Origin: Mucisphaera calidilacus | Lineage (GTDB): Bacteria > Planctomycetota > Phycisphaerae > Phycisphaerales > Phycisphaeraceae | Direction of reading: 5' to 3' | DNA length: 32,000 nt | Assembly: GCF_007748075.1 (NCBI RefSeq) | Contig: NZ_CP036280.1 | Span: forward strand, 3,180,001 to 3,212,000 | Shown here: in pieces, positions 15,284-24,732 of the stretch | Numbering within the stretch: position 1 is the first letter of the stretch | How the letters are laid out: the number at the start of each line of letters is the position of its first letter | Notes under the pieces: generated by a model | Databases searched by the model: none | Told to the model about the DNA's origin: nothing | What the model saw: the letters and a program-made list of their open reading frames with translations, nothing else | Translations under genes and position numbers: made by a program

Positions 15284-17632
15284 TTACCGTCCGCGGCGGG
15301 GTTTTCGGCTGGTCTTGTTGCGAGCGCGTTTGAAGCGGGCGGTTTTGGCCAGAGCTTTTTTGGCGCCGGGTGCTTGTTTGCGTGTTTTTTTGCCGGAGGG
15401 TTTGGCGGGTTTTCCGCCTGCGGAGACGACGGCGAGTTCGAGTTGACGTCGTGCGAGGTCGACGTTGGCGATGCGTACGGTGAAGCGGTCGCCGATGGTG
15501 ATGGTTTTGCCGGAGCGTTGTGCGACGAGTGCGCCGGTCTGTCGGTTGAGGGACCATCGTTCGGAGGGTGGTCCGGGGAGTTCGGAGAGTTCGACGAATC
15601 CGTCGACGAGGAAGCGGTCGATCTGGACGAAGATGCCTCGGTTGGTGACGCCTGTGACGGTTCCGGGGAAGTCGTCGCCCATGTGATCGGCGAGGAGTTG
15701 GAGGACGAGGAAGTTACGGAGTTCGCGTTCGGCGGCCTCGGCGTTTCGTTCGGTGGCGGAGCAGTGGCCGCCGAGTTCGGTGAGCTGTTCTTCGGAGGGG
15801 ATCAGGTCGGCGAGTTTTCGGGTGGCCTTGTCTTTGCGTTTGAGGGGTCTGCCGTGCTGTCGTTCGGCCTCGATGTAGTGTGCGAGGGCGCGGTGGAGGA
15901 TGAGGTCGGGGTATCGTCGGATGGGAGAGGTGAAGTGGCTGTAGTGTTCGGAGGCGAGTGCGAAGTGTCCGATGATGGCGGGTGAGTATTCGGCTTTGGA
16001 GAGGGTTTTGAGGACGGCGAGGTGCACGGCGGTTTGTGCGGGTTTGCCTTCGACGGACTGGAGGAGTCCCTGGAGTTCCTGTCGGGTGGGGTGTGCGGGG
16101 ATGTTGTAGCCGGCGACGCGAGCGAAGCCACGGAGGTCGGACATATCGTGTGCGGGCGGGTCGGGGTGGACGCGTCGGATCATGGGGATGTCGAGTCGGT
16201 CGAAGAGGGAGGCGGCGGCCTCGTTGGCTTCGACCATGAACATCTCGATGAGTTTATGAGTGAAGGCGTCGTCTTCGGGTTGTGCGTCGATGACGTGGCC
16301 GGCGTCGTCGTAGACGAGTTCGACCTCGGGGAGTCCGAGGACGATCATGCCGTTGCGGAGTCGGCGTTGCCGGATTTTTCGGGCGAGGTCGTTCATGGCC
16401 TTGAGGGCCTTGATGACGGGTCTTGGGTACTTGGCTTCGGTTTTGGCGTGTTTGATGGCTTCGCGGATGTCGCCATCGATGACGGCCTGTGCTTCGAGGT
16501 AGGTGAAGCGTTTGGCGGAGTGGATGCGTGTACGGTCGAATCGTGTGGAGACGACGTTGGCGTCGGCGTCGTATCGGATGAAGCAGGAGAGGCAGCAACG
16601 GGGGACGTTTTCCTGGAGGGAGCAGACGCCGTTGGAGAGCACCTCGGGGAGCATGGGGATGACGTGTCGCGGGAGGTAGACGGAGTTGCCGCGTGCCTTG
16701 GCTTCTTCGTCGATGGCGGAGCCGGGTTCGATGTAGAGGGCGACGTCGGCGATGTGTACGCCTAGCTCGAGGACGGCGGGGGAGTTGTCGTCGACGGTGG
16801 TGAGTGAGATGGCGTCGTCGAAGTCGCGTGCGTCGGGCGGGTCGATGGTGAGGATGAGGGTGTCGGTGAGGTCGCGTCGGTCGAGGTTTTTCTCTTCGGC
16901 TTCGAGTTTGTGGACGGCTTTGCGTGCGTCTTCGAGGACGGGTTCGGGGAATTCGGTGGGGAGGTCGTAGGCCTGGATGATGGCCTGGGTTTCGACCTCG
17001 GGGACGCCTGATTCGCCGAGGATTCTGGTGATCACGCCTTCGGCGCGTTCGTCGGGCGATTCGGGGAAGGCGATGATTTCGAAGGCGACCTTGTCGCCTG
17101 GGCGTGCGTTGGCGGCCTGTGCGTCGCGGATGAGGACGTCGGCGGTGAGTGCCTTGCCGTCGGGCCGGACGAAGCTTTGTCGGCCGCGTTCGAAGATGGT
17201 TCCGGTGAAGGTTTTGTCGGTTCGTTTGAGGATTTCGATGATTCGGCCGATGTACCCGGCTTCGGATCCGCCGTGGCGGTCGCGCAGGACGCGAGCGCGG
17301 ACGGTGTCGCCTGTCATGGCGCCGGCGGTGTTTTGTGCGGGGACGAAGAGGTCTGTGTGGGTTCGGGCGTCGTCGGGTGTGATGAAGCCGAAGCCGCGTG
17401 GGTGGAGTGAGAATCGGCCGGTGACCTCTCGGCCGGGAGGCGGGAGTGCGAGGGTGTCGGCGGAACCGAGGACGAGTTGTTTGTCCTTGATGAGGTGTTT
17501 GACGGCCTGCTCGAAGTCCTGCTGGTCTTCGGGGTCGATGTTGAGTTGTTTCGCGAGTTGCGAGAGGGAACTGGGGCGATAACGACGATCGCTGAGATGT
17601 CGGACGATGGCGGCTCTGATCCGCTCGGACAT
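15284..17632 (-). CDS. rnr: ribonuclease R (RNB family 3'-5' exoribonuclease with S1 domain and basic C-terminal tail)
   Basis: 782 aa. Cold-shock-like N-terminal region (GRFSLHPRGFGFITPDD), RNB core (ILTIDPPDARDFDDAISL, YLPRHVIPMLPEVLSNGVCSL, HFALASEHYSHFTSPIRRYPDL), an S1 domain (GTVTGVTNRGIFVQ) and a Lys/Arg-rich tail. Confidence 0.9.
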   Translation of the reverse strand: MSERIRAAIVRHLSDRRYRPSSLSQLAKQLNIDPEDQQDFEQAVKHLIKDKQLVLGSADTLALPPPGREVTGRFSLHPRGFGFITPDDARTHTDLFVPAQNTAGAMTGDTVRARVLRDRHGGSEAGYIGRIIEILKRTDKTFTGTIFERGRQSFVRPDGKALTADVLIRDAQAANARPGDKVAFEIIAFPESPDERAEGVITRILGESGVPEVETQAIIQAYDLPTEFPEPVLEDARKAVHKLEAEEKNLDRRDLTDTLILTIDPPDARDFDDAISLTTVDDNSPAVLELGVHIADVALYIEPGSAIDEEAKARGNSVYLPRHVIPMLPEVLSNGVCSLQENVPRCCLSCFIRYDADANVVSTRFDRTRIHSAKRFTYLEAQAVIDGDIREAIKHAKTEAKYPRPVIKALKAMNDLARKIRQRRLRNGMIVLGLPEVELVYDDAGHVIDAQPEDDAFTHKLIEMFMVEANEAAASLFDRLDIPMIRRVHPDPPAHDMSDLRGFARVAGYNIPAHPTRQELQGLLQSVEGKPAQTAVHLAVLKTLSKAEYSPAIIGHFALASEHYSHFTSPIRRYPDLILHRALAHYIEAERQHGRPLKRKDKATRKLADLIPSEEQLTELGGHCSATERNAEAAERELRNFLVLQLLADHMGDDFPGTVTGVTNRGIFVQIDRFLVDGFVELSELPGPPSERWSLNRQTGALVAQRSGKTITIGDRFTVRIANVDLARRQLELAVVSAGGKPAKPSGKKTRKQAPGAKKALAKTARFKRARNKTSRKPRRGR

Positions 17633-17639
17633 GGTTTTC

Positions 17640-18674
17640 TTACGGGTTCACGATCGCGCGTGCCCTCGGGTCGAGGTCGATGGCGGGATCGAGGAGCAGT
17701 TGGCTCCAGGTGTTGAGGTCGTTGGCGAGTGCGTTCCAGTCTTCGCGGATGAGATGCCGCTGAAGGTTGGTGGGGGTCTGGGTGTTGGGGAAGAGCATTT
17801 CCCGTGTGAGGTCGAGGATCTGGTCGACGACGCGGATGGTGTCGGCGGCGAGGGGTGCCTGGGGGTTCTGCTGGAGCATGGTCTGGGCGCGTCGAGCGTT
17901 GGCGTGCCCGAGCGCGGCGACGTCGGCGAGGAGGGGGGTGATCTCGACGCCATCGGACCTGGCGCGGATGAGCCAGCGGAAGGTCTGGGTGAGGGCTCGC
18001 TGTTCGGTGGCGAGTGAGTTGGGTTTGACGTTGTTGCTGAGTCGGAGGTAGAGGGCGTCGATGAGTTTCTGGTGTGCCAGGGTGGTGTCGTAGCTGTCGA
18101 TGGCCTCGGTAAGGCGGATGGCGGCGGCCTCGGAGGTTTCGATGGCGAGTTGGCCGGCGAGGAGGTCGAGGTGTGCGGTGATTTCTTCCTGGTTGAGTTG
18201 TGTCCGTGCCTCGGGGACCTCGAAGCATCGGATGGCCCAGTAGCGTACGGCTGCGTTGGGGTCGTTGATGCGTGTGGCGGCGAGTTCAAGTCCTTGGTGC
18301 GACTTGAGTTCGGCGAGAATGATGAGGGTGTTGAGGCGTACGGCGAAGTCTTCGTTGTCGAGGTTGGGTTTGAGTGCCTCGACGGTGAGTCCGGTGTAGA
18401 TCTGGAGGAAATTCTGGGAGGCGCTGGGTCTTCGGAGGGGGTTGGTGAGGCTTCGTCGGGAGCGTTGCCGGAGGTCGGCGTCGTCCTCGGCGAGTGCCTG
18501 TGCGAGTTCGTTGATATAGATCTGGACGGCCTGGGTTTGTCCGTCGGTGAGGGGGTCTGCCGTGTAGATCTCGGAGGGCAGTCGATCCTGGGCCAGCAGG
18601 GTAGCTGCGGGGAGGATCAGCAGTCCGAGGGCGGCTGACTGGAAGTAACGTATTAGCGCCTTTGGGCCGTTCAT
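17640..18674 (-). CDS. secreted hypothetical protein with HEAT-like repeats
   Basis: 344 aa. Signal-peptide-like N-terminus (ALGLLILPAATLLAQD). Two HEAT-like motifs (DNEDFAVRLNTLIILAEL, NDPNAAVRYWAIRCF). Tightly packed between the sigma-54 activator and rnr. Confidence 0.55.
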   Translation of the reverse strand: MNGPKALIRYFQSAALGLLILPAATLLAQDRLPSEIYTADPLTDGQTQAVQIYINELAQALAEDDADLRQRSRRSLTNPLRRPSASQNFLQIYTGLTVEALKPNLDNEDFAVRLNTLIILAELKSHQGLELAATRINDPNAAVRYWAIRCFEVPEARTQLNQEEITAHLDLLAGQLAIETSEAAAIRLTEAIDSYDTTLAHQKLIDALYLRLSNNVKPNSLATEQRALTQTFRWLIRARSDGVEITPLLADVAALGHANARRAQTMLQQNPQAPLAADTIRVVDQILDLTREMLFPNTQTPTNLQRHLIREDWNALANDLNTWSQLLLDPAIDLDPRARAIVNP

Positions 18675-18741
18675 CTACTTCTATCGCGCGTCAGATACAG
18701 GGTTTCCGGACTTGGGACGTTACCGGTGGAGCGGTGTGGCG

Positions 18742-20364
18742 TCAATTACGGGGGTTGTTTTCGGGGTCTTCGAGTTGGAGGTCGCGGACTTTTTTGTTGA
18801 GGGTGTTGCGGTTGATGCCGAGGAAGTCGGCGGTGCGTATTTTGACGCCATCGTTGAAGGCGAGTGCTTCCCGGATGAGGTGTCGTTCGATTTCCTGGAT
18901 GACGTTGGCGTAGATGCGTCCCTCGTCGGTGTGGTGCTGGCTGATGGCCTGCTGTGCGAGTCGGGCGCAAAGGGCGTCGATGGACTGGTCGGAGCCGGTG
19001 GTTCGTGTCTGCTGGGCGAAGAGTCGGATCTGGAGGGAGAGTAGTTCTTCGGTGAAGTCTTCGGAGGCGGAGAGGACGACGGCACGTTCCATGGCGTTCT
19101 CGAGTTCGCGGACGTTTCCCGGCCAGGGGTACCGGAGGAGGGTGTTCATGAGGCTGCGTGAGACTTTGCGGAGGTTTTTGTTGTTTTCTCTGTTGAAGCG
19201 TTCGAGGAAGTGGTCGACGAGGAGCGGGATGTCTTCGCGTCGGTTTCGGAGGGGAGGGAGGTGGATGGTGACGACATTGAGTCGGTAGTAGAGGTCTTCG
19301 CGGAAGTTACCTTTGCGGACTTCGTGTTCGAGGTCGAGGTTGGTGGCGGCGATGACGCGGACGTCGATCTGTCGTGTGCGGTGGTCGCCTACGCGTTCGA
19401 GTTCGCGTTCCTGGAGGACGCGTAGGAGTCGTACCTGGAGTTGCGGGTCGAGGGTTCCGATCTCGTCGAGGAAGATGGAGCCGCCGTCGGCGGCCTCGAA
19501 ACGCCCTGTTTTATCGCGTATGGCGCCGGTGAAGGATCCTTTGACGTGTCCGAAGAGTTCGGACTCGAGGAGTTGTGGCGCGAGGGCTCCGCAGTTGACG
19601 CGGATGAGGGGTTTGTGTCGTCGGGGCGAGTTGTAGTGGATGGCTTTGGCGACGAGTTCCTTGCCGCAGCCGGTTTCGCCAAGGATGAGGACGGTGGCGC
19701 GTGATTCGGCGACCTGGGCGATGGAGGAGAGGACGTCGAGCATCGCGGGTGCGGTGCCGATGATGTTGTCGAATTTGTAGCGTGTGCGGAGGTCGTCGCG
19801 TAGGAGCTGGTTCTGGGCGATCCAGTGGGAGCGTTCGATCTGGACGAGGTTGTGGAGTCGGTAGGCCTGGGACATGAGTCCGGCGATGATGGTGAGGATT
19901 CGGGCGTCGGTCTGGAGTTGACGGTCGTTGACGAAGGGTTTGTCGATGCTGATGGCGCCGACGAGTTGGCTGGCGTCTTTGAGGGGGATGCAGATGAAGC
20001 TGACGGGGGGTGCGTCGGGGTCGGTTTCGCTGGGGGACCGTGCGCCGGTGCGGTTGAGGAAGTCGGGGTGTTTGCTGATATCGGGTATGACGGCGGGTTC
20101 GCCTGTGTCGAGGACGGTTCCGGTGACCCCTTCGCCTCGGGCGTATCGTCCGCGTTGTTGTTCCTGGGGCGAGAGGCCGGTGGAGGCGACGGTTTTGAGG
20201 CAGTCTTCCTGCTGATCGTGGATGACGAGAGAGGCGCGGAGGATGCCAAGGCGTTGTGAGAGGACGGCCATGGCGTGCTGGAAGATCTCGGGGAGGTCGA
20301 GGCCGTCGCCAAGGATCTGGCTGATCTCTTCAAGAATGTCTAATTCTTGTTCACGTCCGGTCAT
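18742..20364 (-). CDS. sigma-54-dependent transcriptional activator, GAF sensor + AAA+ + Fis-type HTH (NifA-like architecture)
   Basis: 540 aa. GAF-like N-terminal domain. Walker A LGETGCGKELVA. GSFTGA loop (a variant of GAFTGA). GGSIFLDEIG. PPLRNRREDIPLL. WPGNVRELEN. C-terminal HTH (RTADFLGINRNTLNKKVRDL). Confidence 0.9.
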   Translation of the reverse strand: MTGREQELDILEEISQILGDGLDLPEIFQHAMAVLSQRLGILRASLVIHDQQEDCLKTVASTGLSPQEQQRGRYARGEGVTGTVLDTGEPAVIPDISKHPDFLNRTGARSPSETDPDAPPVSFICIPLKDASQLVGAISIDKPFVNDRQLQTDARILTIIAGLMSQAYRLHNLVQIERSHWIAQNQLLRDDLRTRYKFDNIIGTAPAMLDVLSSIAQVAESRATVLILGETGCGKELVAKAIHYNSPRRHKPLIRVNCGALAPQLLESELFGHVKGSFTGAIRDKTGRFEAADGGSIFLDEIGTLDPQLQVRLLRVLQERELERVGDHRTRQIDVRVIAATNLDLEHEVRKGNFREDLYYRLNVVTIHLPPLRNRREDIPLLVDHFLERFNRENNKNLRKVSRSLMNTLLRYPWPGNVRELENAMERAVVLSASEDFTEELLSLQIRLFAQQTRTTGSDQSIDALCARLAQQAISQHHTDEGRIYANVIQEIERHLIREALAFNDGVKIRTADFLGINRNTLNKKVRDLQLEDPENNPRN

Positions 20365-20522
20365 GATTGCCTATTAAAGCATCATCTGGCTATTTTCACA
20401 AGGTGATTATTGCGCAATGATGGGGTTGAGGAGGTGCGGGAGGGGTGGCGCACGGTCTGGCGCGTCGAGGCGTCTGGCCGTTGGGGGCATTGAGATTATT
20501 AGTTGTTTATCTGTCTGTTTTT

Positions 20523-22016
20523 ATGGATGAGGATGGTCTGGTTTGGGCGCACATGGGTGGGGGTTGGGTTCCTTGTGACGCGGGTAGCTGCGTGATGAGG
20601 AGGCTCGCCTTGGGACCGAAGCGATTTGACGTTGATGTGCTAGCCCGTCGGGTAGCGGAGCATGCGGAGGGGCGTGAGCCGTGGCTTCGCCGGCTGTGGG
20701 CTTACTACCGGAACCCGGTGACGCCTGTGGAGGGTCCGGGTGGTTTGCGTCATCGATCGGCTCAGGAGGTGGGGCTGCCGGAGCGGCTTCGGTCGGGTCA
20801 GCGTGAGGTGGTGACGGAGAATGACATCGCGTGGCGGCTGCACGCGTTGGTGGATTTCATGTTCGGCAAGCCGGTGGTGATCCGGAGCGAGGCGGGTTCG
20901 GCGGGGTGTCGTGTGTTCGTGGAGCGTTTTCTGGGGTCGTTGTTCGAGCGGAGCGGCGGGGTCGGTTTTTTCCAGAACATGGCGTTGCTGGGTTCGGTGT
21001 ACGGGTACGTGGACGTGCTGGTGCGGGTGGACGACGCGACGCGTGGTGGCGGGGGTGATTCGCCTGAGTCGCTGGCGGGTCGTCTTCGGCTGGAGCTGGC
21101 TGAGGCGCCGCGTGCGGTGCCGACGACGGACGAGCGTGATTACCGTCGGCTGGCGGGTTATGCGGTTCGCTGTCGGGTGGGGGGTGGTGGCGGCGAGGGG
21201 GGTGTGACCGAGCGTGTGGAGGCGTGGACGTCGTCGGGTTATGGCCGGTTCGAGCGTGTGGGTGAGAAGGGTTCGCTGGCGGAGGTGGCGTCTGCGGAGA
21301 ACGTGCTGGGGCGGGTGCCGGTGGTGCACATTCAGAATCTTGCTCAGCCGCTCCGGTACGCGGGTCTGAGTGATGTTGAGCCGTTGATCCCGTTGCAGGA
21401 CGAGTTGAACACGCGGCTGTCGGATCGTGCGAACCGTGTGACGTTTCAGTCGTTTCGGATGTACCTGGGCAAGGGGATTGATCGGTTCACGGAGCGTCCG
21501 GTGGGTCCGGGTCAGATGTGGTCGACGGACAACCCGGAGGCGTCGATCGAGTCGTTCGGGGGTGATGCGTCGAGTCCGTCGGAGGAGGCGCATCTGAGTG
21601 AGGTCCGTGACGCGATGGACAAGACGAGTGGCGTAACGCCTATTGCGGCGGGTCTGATCCGTGGGAAGGTCGGGAACCTGACGAGCGAGAATGCGCTGCG
21701 TGTGATTCTGATGGGAACGCTGGCGAAGACGGACAAGAAGCGTGTGACGTACGGGGATGGTCTTGAGCGTGTGTGCGAGCTGGCGTTGCACGCGGCGGAC
21801 GTGCTGGGTTGGTACCGGACGGAGACTGGTGACCGTCGGGTTCGGCTGGAGTGGCCGAACGTGCTTCCTCAGAGCACGTCGCAGGTGTTGTCGGAGGCTC
21901 GGGTGAAGGCGGAGCTGGGTGTTCCGCGTGAGCGACTGCTGGACGAGTTGGGTTACGGCGCGGGCCCGGGTCTTGGGAACGGGATGAGCAAGCATCAGGA
22001 GGTGACCGGTGGATGA
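20523..22016 (+). CDS. phage portal protein (SPP1 Gp6-like type); start uncertain (in-frame candidates 20445, 20523, 20553, 20595)
   Basis: WLRRLWAYYRNP, ENDIAWRLHALVDFMFGKPVV, VVHIQNLAQPLRYAGLSDVEPLIPLQDELNTRLSDRANRV and a C-terminal helical region fit the portal family pattern. The upstream codons 20445-20522 run through an AT-rich, promoter-like stretch. Confidence 0.75.
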   Translation: MDEDGLVWAHMGGGWVPCDAGSCVMRRLALGPKRFDVDVLARRVAEHAEGREPWLRRLWAYYRNPVTPVEGPGGLRHRSAQEVGLPERLRSGQREVVTENDIAWRLHALVDFMFGKPVVIRSEAGSAGCRVFVERFLGSLFERSGGVGFFQNMALLGSVYGYVDVLVRVDDATRGGGGDSPESLAGRLRLELAEAPRAVPTTDERDYRRLAGYAVRCRVGGGGGEGGVTERVEAWTSSGYGRFERVGEKGSLAEVASAENVLGRVPVVHIQNLAQPLRYAGLSDVEPLIPLQDELNTRLSDRANRVTFQSFRMYLGKGIDRFTERPVGPGQMWSTDNPEASIESFGGDASSPSEEAHLSEVRDAMDKTSGVTPIAAGLIRGKVGNLTSENALRVILMGTLAKTDKKRVTYGDGLERVCELALHAADVLGWYRTETGDRRVRLEWPNVLPQSTSQVLSEARVKAELGVPRERLLDELGYGAGPGLGNGMSKHQEVTGG

Positions 22017-22425
22017 GGTTGTGCACGAGGGCGACGGGGTTGTGGACGAGCGTGTGTTGTCGCTGGAGCGTGAGCGTGATGCGTTGGCGGAGCGGCTGAG
22101 TGCTTCGGAGGCGGCGGTGGGTCGGCTGGAGCGTCGTGCGGCGTTGGACGCGTTGCTGGCGGATTCGGAGGTGGTTGATCTGGAGGCGGCGCGTCTGTTG
22201 ACGGAGGCTGCGGTGGAGCAGATGGACGAGGCGGACCTGGCGATGGCGGTGGAGGATCTTCGTCGTCATCGGCCTTACCTGTTTCGTTGTCGGGGCGTGG
22301 ATGAGGGTCAGGGCGTGATGGGCGAGGAGCCCGAGGGTGGTCCGGTTGAGGCGGCGCGTCGTGCGCGTGCCTCGGGTCATCGGCGTGATCTGTTGGCGTA
22401 TCTGCGGCTGCGTCGGTCGCGATGA
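22009..22425 (+). CDS. scaffolding-like protein (helical, acidic body, basic C-terminus)
   Basis: 138 aa, Ala/Glu/Leu/Arg-rich and predicted coiled-coil (LSLERERDALAERLSASEAAVGRLERRAALDALLA), ending in a basic tail (RRDLLAYLRLRRSR). It sits between the portal and capsid genes. The start overlaps the portal stop by 8 nt. Confidence 0.5.
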   Translation: MDEVVHEGDGVVDERVLSLERERDALAERLSASEAAVGRLERRAALDALLADSEVVDLEAARLLTEAAVEQMDEADLAMAVEDLRRHRPYLFRCRGVDEGQGVMGEEPEGGPVEAARRARASGHRRDLLAYLRLRRSR

Positions 22426-22454
22426 GTGCGGGATGAACGTGAAGGAGTTTGAGG

Positions 22455-23633
22455 ATGGCATTTACGGGTAAGGCGACGTACACGGCGGGTTCGACGCTGC
22501 CGGAGCAGGCGGAGGACGTGTCGGACATCGTGGGGATTGTGAGTCCTTACGAGACGCCTCTGCTGGACGCGTTGGGTGATCCGGGTCGTTCGGCGACGGG
22601 TACGGTTCACGAGTGGCTGGAGGACGCGTTGCTGCCGAACACGGACCGGATCAACGATTCGTCGTTCACGGACGCGGACGTTGACACGTCGTTCGTGGTG
22701 GAGAACGGTGATCGTTTCCGTGTGGGTGATCAGGTTCAGGTGTCGGGTTCTCGTGAGGTGATGCTGGTGACGGGCGTGAACACGGGGACAGACACGCTGA
22801 CGGTGGTTCGTGGTTACGGCGGGACGACGGCGGAGGATCTTGCGGACGAGCAGGAGGTTCGGATCCTGGGGAACGCGGCGTTGGAGGGTGATGCGTCGCC
22901 TGTGGCGCGGTTCACGAACCGGACGCGTAAGCAGAACTACACGCAGATCTTCACGTCGTCGGTGGAGGTTTCGGGGACGGTTCGTGCGACGCGTCAGCTG
23001 GCGGTGTCGGACGAGCTGGATTACCAGAAGCAGGAGCGTCTGCGTGAGCTGGCTCGTGATCTGGAGAACTGCGTGATCAATGGTGTGTCGGCGAGCGGTT
23101 CGCCTGAGGGCTCGTCGTCGGTGCGTCGGACGATGCGTGGGATCATCCCGCACCTGAGCACGAACGTGTTCACGAGTGGCGCGGGCGATTTCCCGGCGGG
23201 CGAGACGGTGAGCAGTGTGGACCATCACCTGACGGAGGCGCAGCTGAACCTGGCGATGCGTTCGATCTGGGAGTCGTCGTCGGGTTCGGTGGATCTGATT
23301 GTGGTGGGCGGTGCGCAGAAGCGTCGGATCAATGGTTTCGTGACGTCGAGTCGCGGCTACACGGCGTCGGACACGCGTTTCCGTGATCTGGTGAGTGTGT
23401 ACGAGAGTGATTTTGGTGCGTGTCGGGTGATTCTGTCGCGTTGGGTTCCGGCGGACACGGTGCTGCTGCTGGACTCGTCGCGGATTGACGTGCTGCCGTT
23501 GTCGGGTCGGAGTTTCCACTACAAGGCTTTGGCGGCGACGGGTGATGCGGACGCGGGTCAGTTGATTGGTGAGTACACGCTTGAGCTTCGGAACGAGCAG
23601 GCGCACGGGGTGATCCGTGGGCTGGCGGCGTAA
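22455..23633 (+). CDS. major capsid protein, SU10/DUF5309-like (HK97 fold)
   Basis: ATG at 22455 sits 8 nt after aaggag. VHEWLEDALLP near the N-terminus, a size of about 390 aa and a position after the scaffold match my memory of the DUF5309 capsid family. Confidence 0.7.
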   Translation: MAFTGKATYTAGSTLPEQAEDVSDIVGIVSPYETPLLDALGDPGRSATGTVHEWLEDALLPNTDRINDSSFTDADVDTSFVVENGDRFRVGDQVQVSGSREVMLVTGVNTGTDTLTVVRGYGGTTAEDLADEQEVRILGNAALEGDASPVARFTNRTRKQNYTQIFTSSVEVSGTVRATRQLAVSDELDYQKQERLRELARDLENCVINGVSASGSPEGSSSVRRTMRGIIPHLSTNVFTSGAGDFPAGETVSSVDHHLTEAQLNLAMRSIWESSSGSVDLIVVGGAQKRRINGFVTSSRGYTASDTRFRDLVSVYESDFGACRVILSRWVPADTVLLLDSSRIDVLPLSGRSFHYKALAATGDADAGQLIGEYTLELRNEQAHGVIRGLAA

Positions 23634-23713
23634 GCGGCGGGGTGTCGTGGCGGGTCGTGCCGGAGGCGGCGCGGCCCGTTTTGGTTCGGTGGTCTGTGGG
23701 AGTGAGTGACGCG

Positions 23714-24343
23714 ATGAATTTTTCAGAGGATCGTGATCTGCTGGCGTATGAGCCGGAGGTGTTTTCGGAGGTTCCGTTTGCGGCGCAGGAGCGTGTGTCG
23801 ATTGCGGACGGTGTGGTTACGGGTTCGGTGCTGAGCAGCGTGTCGGCGGACTTCGTGGCGGCCGGGGTTTCGGCGGGGTGCGTGGTGCTGCTGGATCGTG
23901 TGGCGCACGAGGTGGTGGAGGTGCTGGACGGGCAGTCGCTTCGGGTGTCGCGGCTGCGGGTGCGTGCGTCGGATGCGTTGGTGTCGGCGGCGGAGGGTGA
24001 GGGTGTGGCGGTTCGGGTGCGGACCTTTGCGGCGCAGGCGTCGCTGGTGCACGACCTGTTGCTGCGTCTGCTGGGGCTGGAGGGTGAGGATGGTCTGGGA
24101 GAGGGTTCGGTGGTGTCGCTTGGCGCGGTGTGTCGGCTGGAGTGCCTGGGGGCGCTTGAGCTGATTTACAGCGCGGCGGCGTCGGTGGGAGGGGCGAACG
24201 AGTCGGTGCTGGCGAAGTCGGCGTTGTACCGCGGCCGATTCCGGCGTGCGTGTCGTGAGACGACGGTGGGCGTGGACGTGGATGGCGACGGGCTGGCTGA
24301 TGAGCGTCGGGGTTTGGGGCTGGTGTCGCTGGTGCGTGCGTGA
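23714..24343 (+). CDS. hypothetical phage-cluster protein (possible head-tail adaptor, by position only)
   Basis: 209 aa from ATG 23714 (MNFSEDRDLLAYEPEVFSEV...). It is a long ORF on the stop-rich plus strand, and the next gene overlaps its stop (GTGA). Confidence 0.55.
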   Translation: MNFSEDRDLLAYEPEVFSEVPFAAQERVSIADGVVTGSVLSSVSADFVAAGVSAGCVVLLDRVAHEVVEVLDGQSLRVSRLRVRASDALVSAAEGEGVAVRVRTFAAQASLVHDLLLRLLGLEGEDGLGEGSVVSLGAVCRLECLGALELIYSAAASVGGANESVLAKSALYRGRFRRACRETTVGVDVDGDGLADERRGLGLVSLVRA

Positions 24344-24732
24344 GGGGGTGGTTTGTGCTGAGGTTTGGTGATGGTCAGCTGGCGGGTGAGGGTGAGAGCC
24401 GGTTGTTGTCGCTTGAGCGTGTAACGCGTGTTCGGCGGGGCGACGGGTTGGGTGGTGTCGCTGTGGTGGTGGCGTCTGGCGAGGCGGCGACGGTGGTGCG
24501 TTATTCGGTGACGGTGCGTTGCGCGTCGTCGGCGGCGATGGATGCGGCGGTGGACGGGGTGTTGTCGTGGTCGGACGGTGTTGAGCGTGTGCTGGAGGAT
24601 GGTTCGGGTCGGCGGTGGCGTGACGCTTTGCTGGTGCGTGCGGAGGTGGCTTCGTGCGGGCGGGTGGGGTTGTTGTGGGGCTGCGGGCTGGTGCTGGTGT
24701 TTGAGACGGGCGGGATGGTGCGTGATGCCTGA
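24340..24732 (+). CDS. hypothetical phage-cluster protein
   Basis: 130 aa. GTGA overlap with the upstream gene and an 8-nt overlap with the downstream gene. No recognised family. Confidence 0.5.
   Translation: MRGWFVLRFGDGQLAGEGESRLLSLERVTRVRRGDGLGGVAVVVASGEAATVVRYSVTVRCASSAAMDAAVDGVLSWSDGVERVLEDGSGRRWRDALLVRAEVASCGRVGLLWGCGLVLVFETGGMVRDA

Noticed and set aside
20387-20490. Sigma-54 (-24/-12) promoter in front of the portal gene
   Set aside because: TGGC occurs at 20387, 20446 and 20475. The downstream GC dinucleotide is absent at the first site and misplaced by one nucleotide at the other two, and no TTGC element is present at the correct spacing.
20445-20522. Upstream alternative start for the portal ORF given in the ORF track
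   Set aside because: These 26 codons run through the AT-rich, promoter-like stretch (attgagattattagttgtttatctgtctgttttt) and encode a hydrophobic peptide not expected at a portal N-terminus. An internal ATG (20523 or 20595) is more plausible, though unproven.
20417-20530. 37-codon ORF (MMGLRRCGRGG...) between the activator and the portal gene
   Set aside because: It is short and Gly/Arg-rich, as expected from composition alone, and has no RBS. I mention it only because the shared 11-mer sits just upstream.
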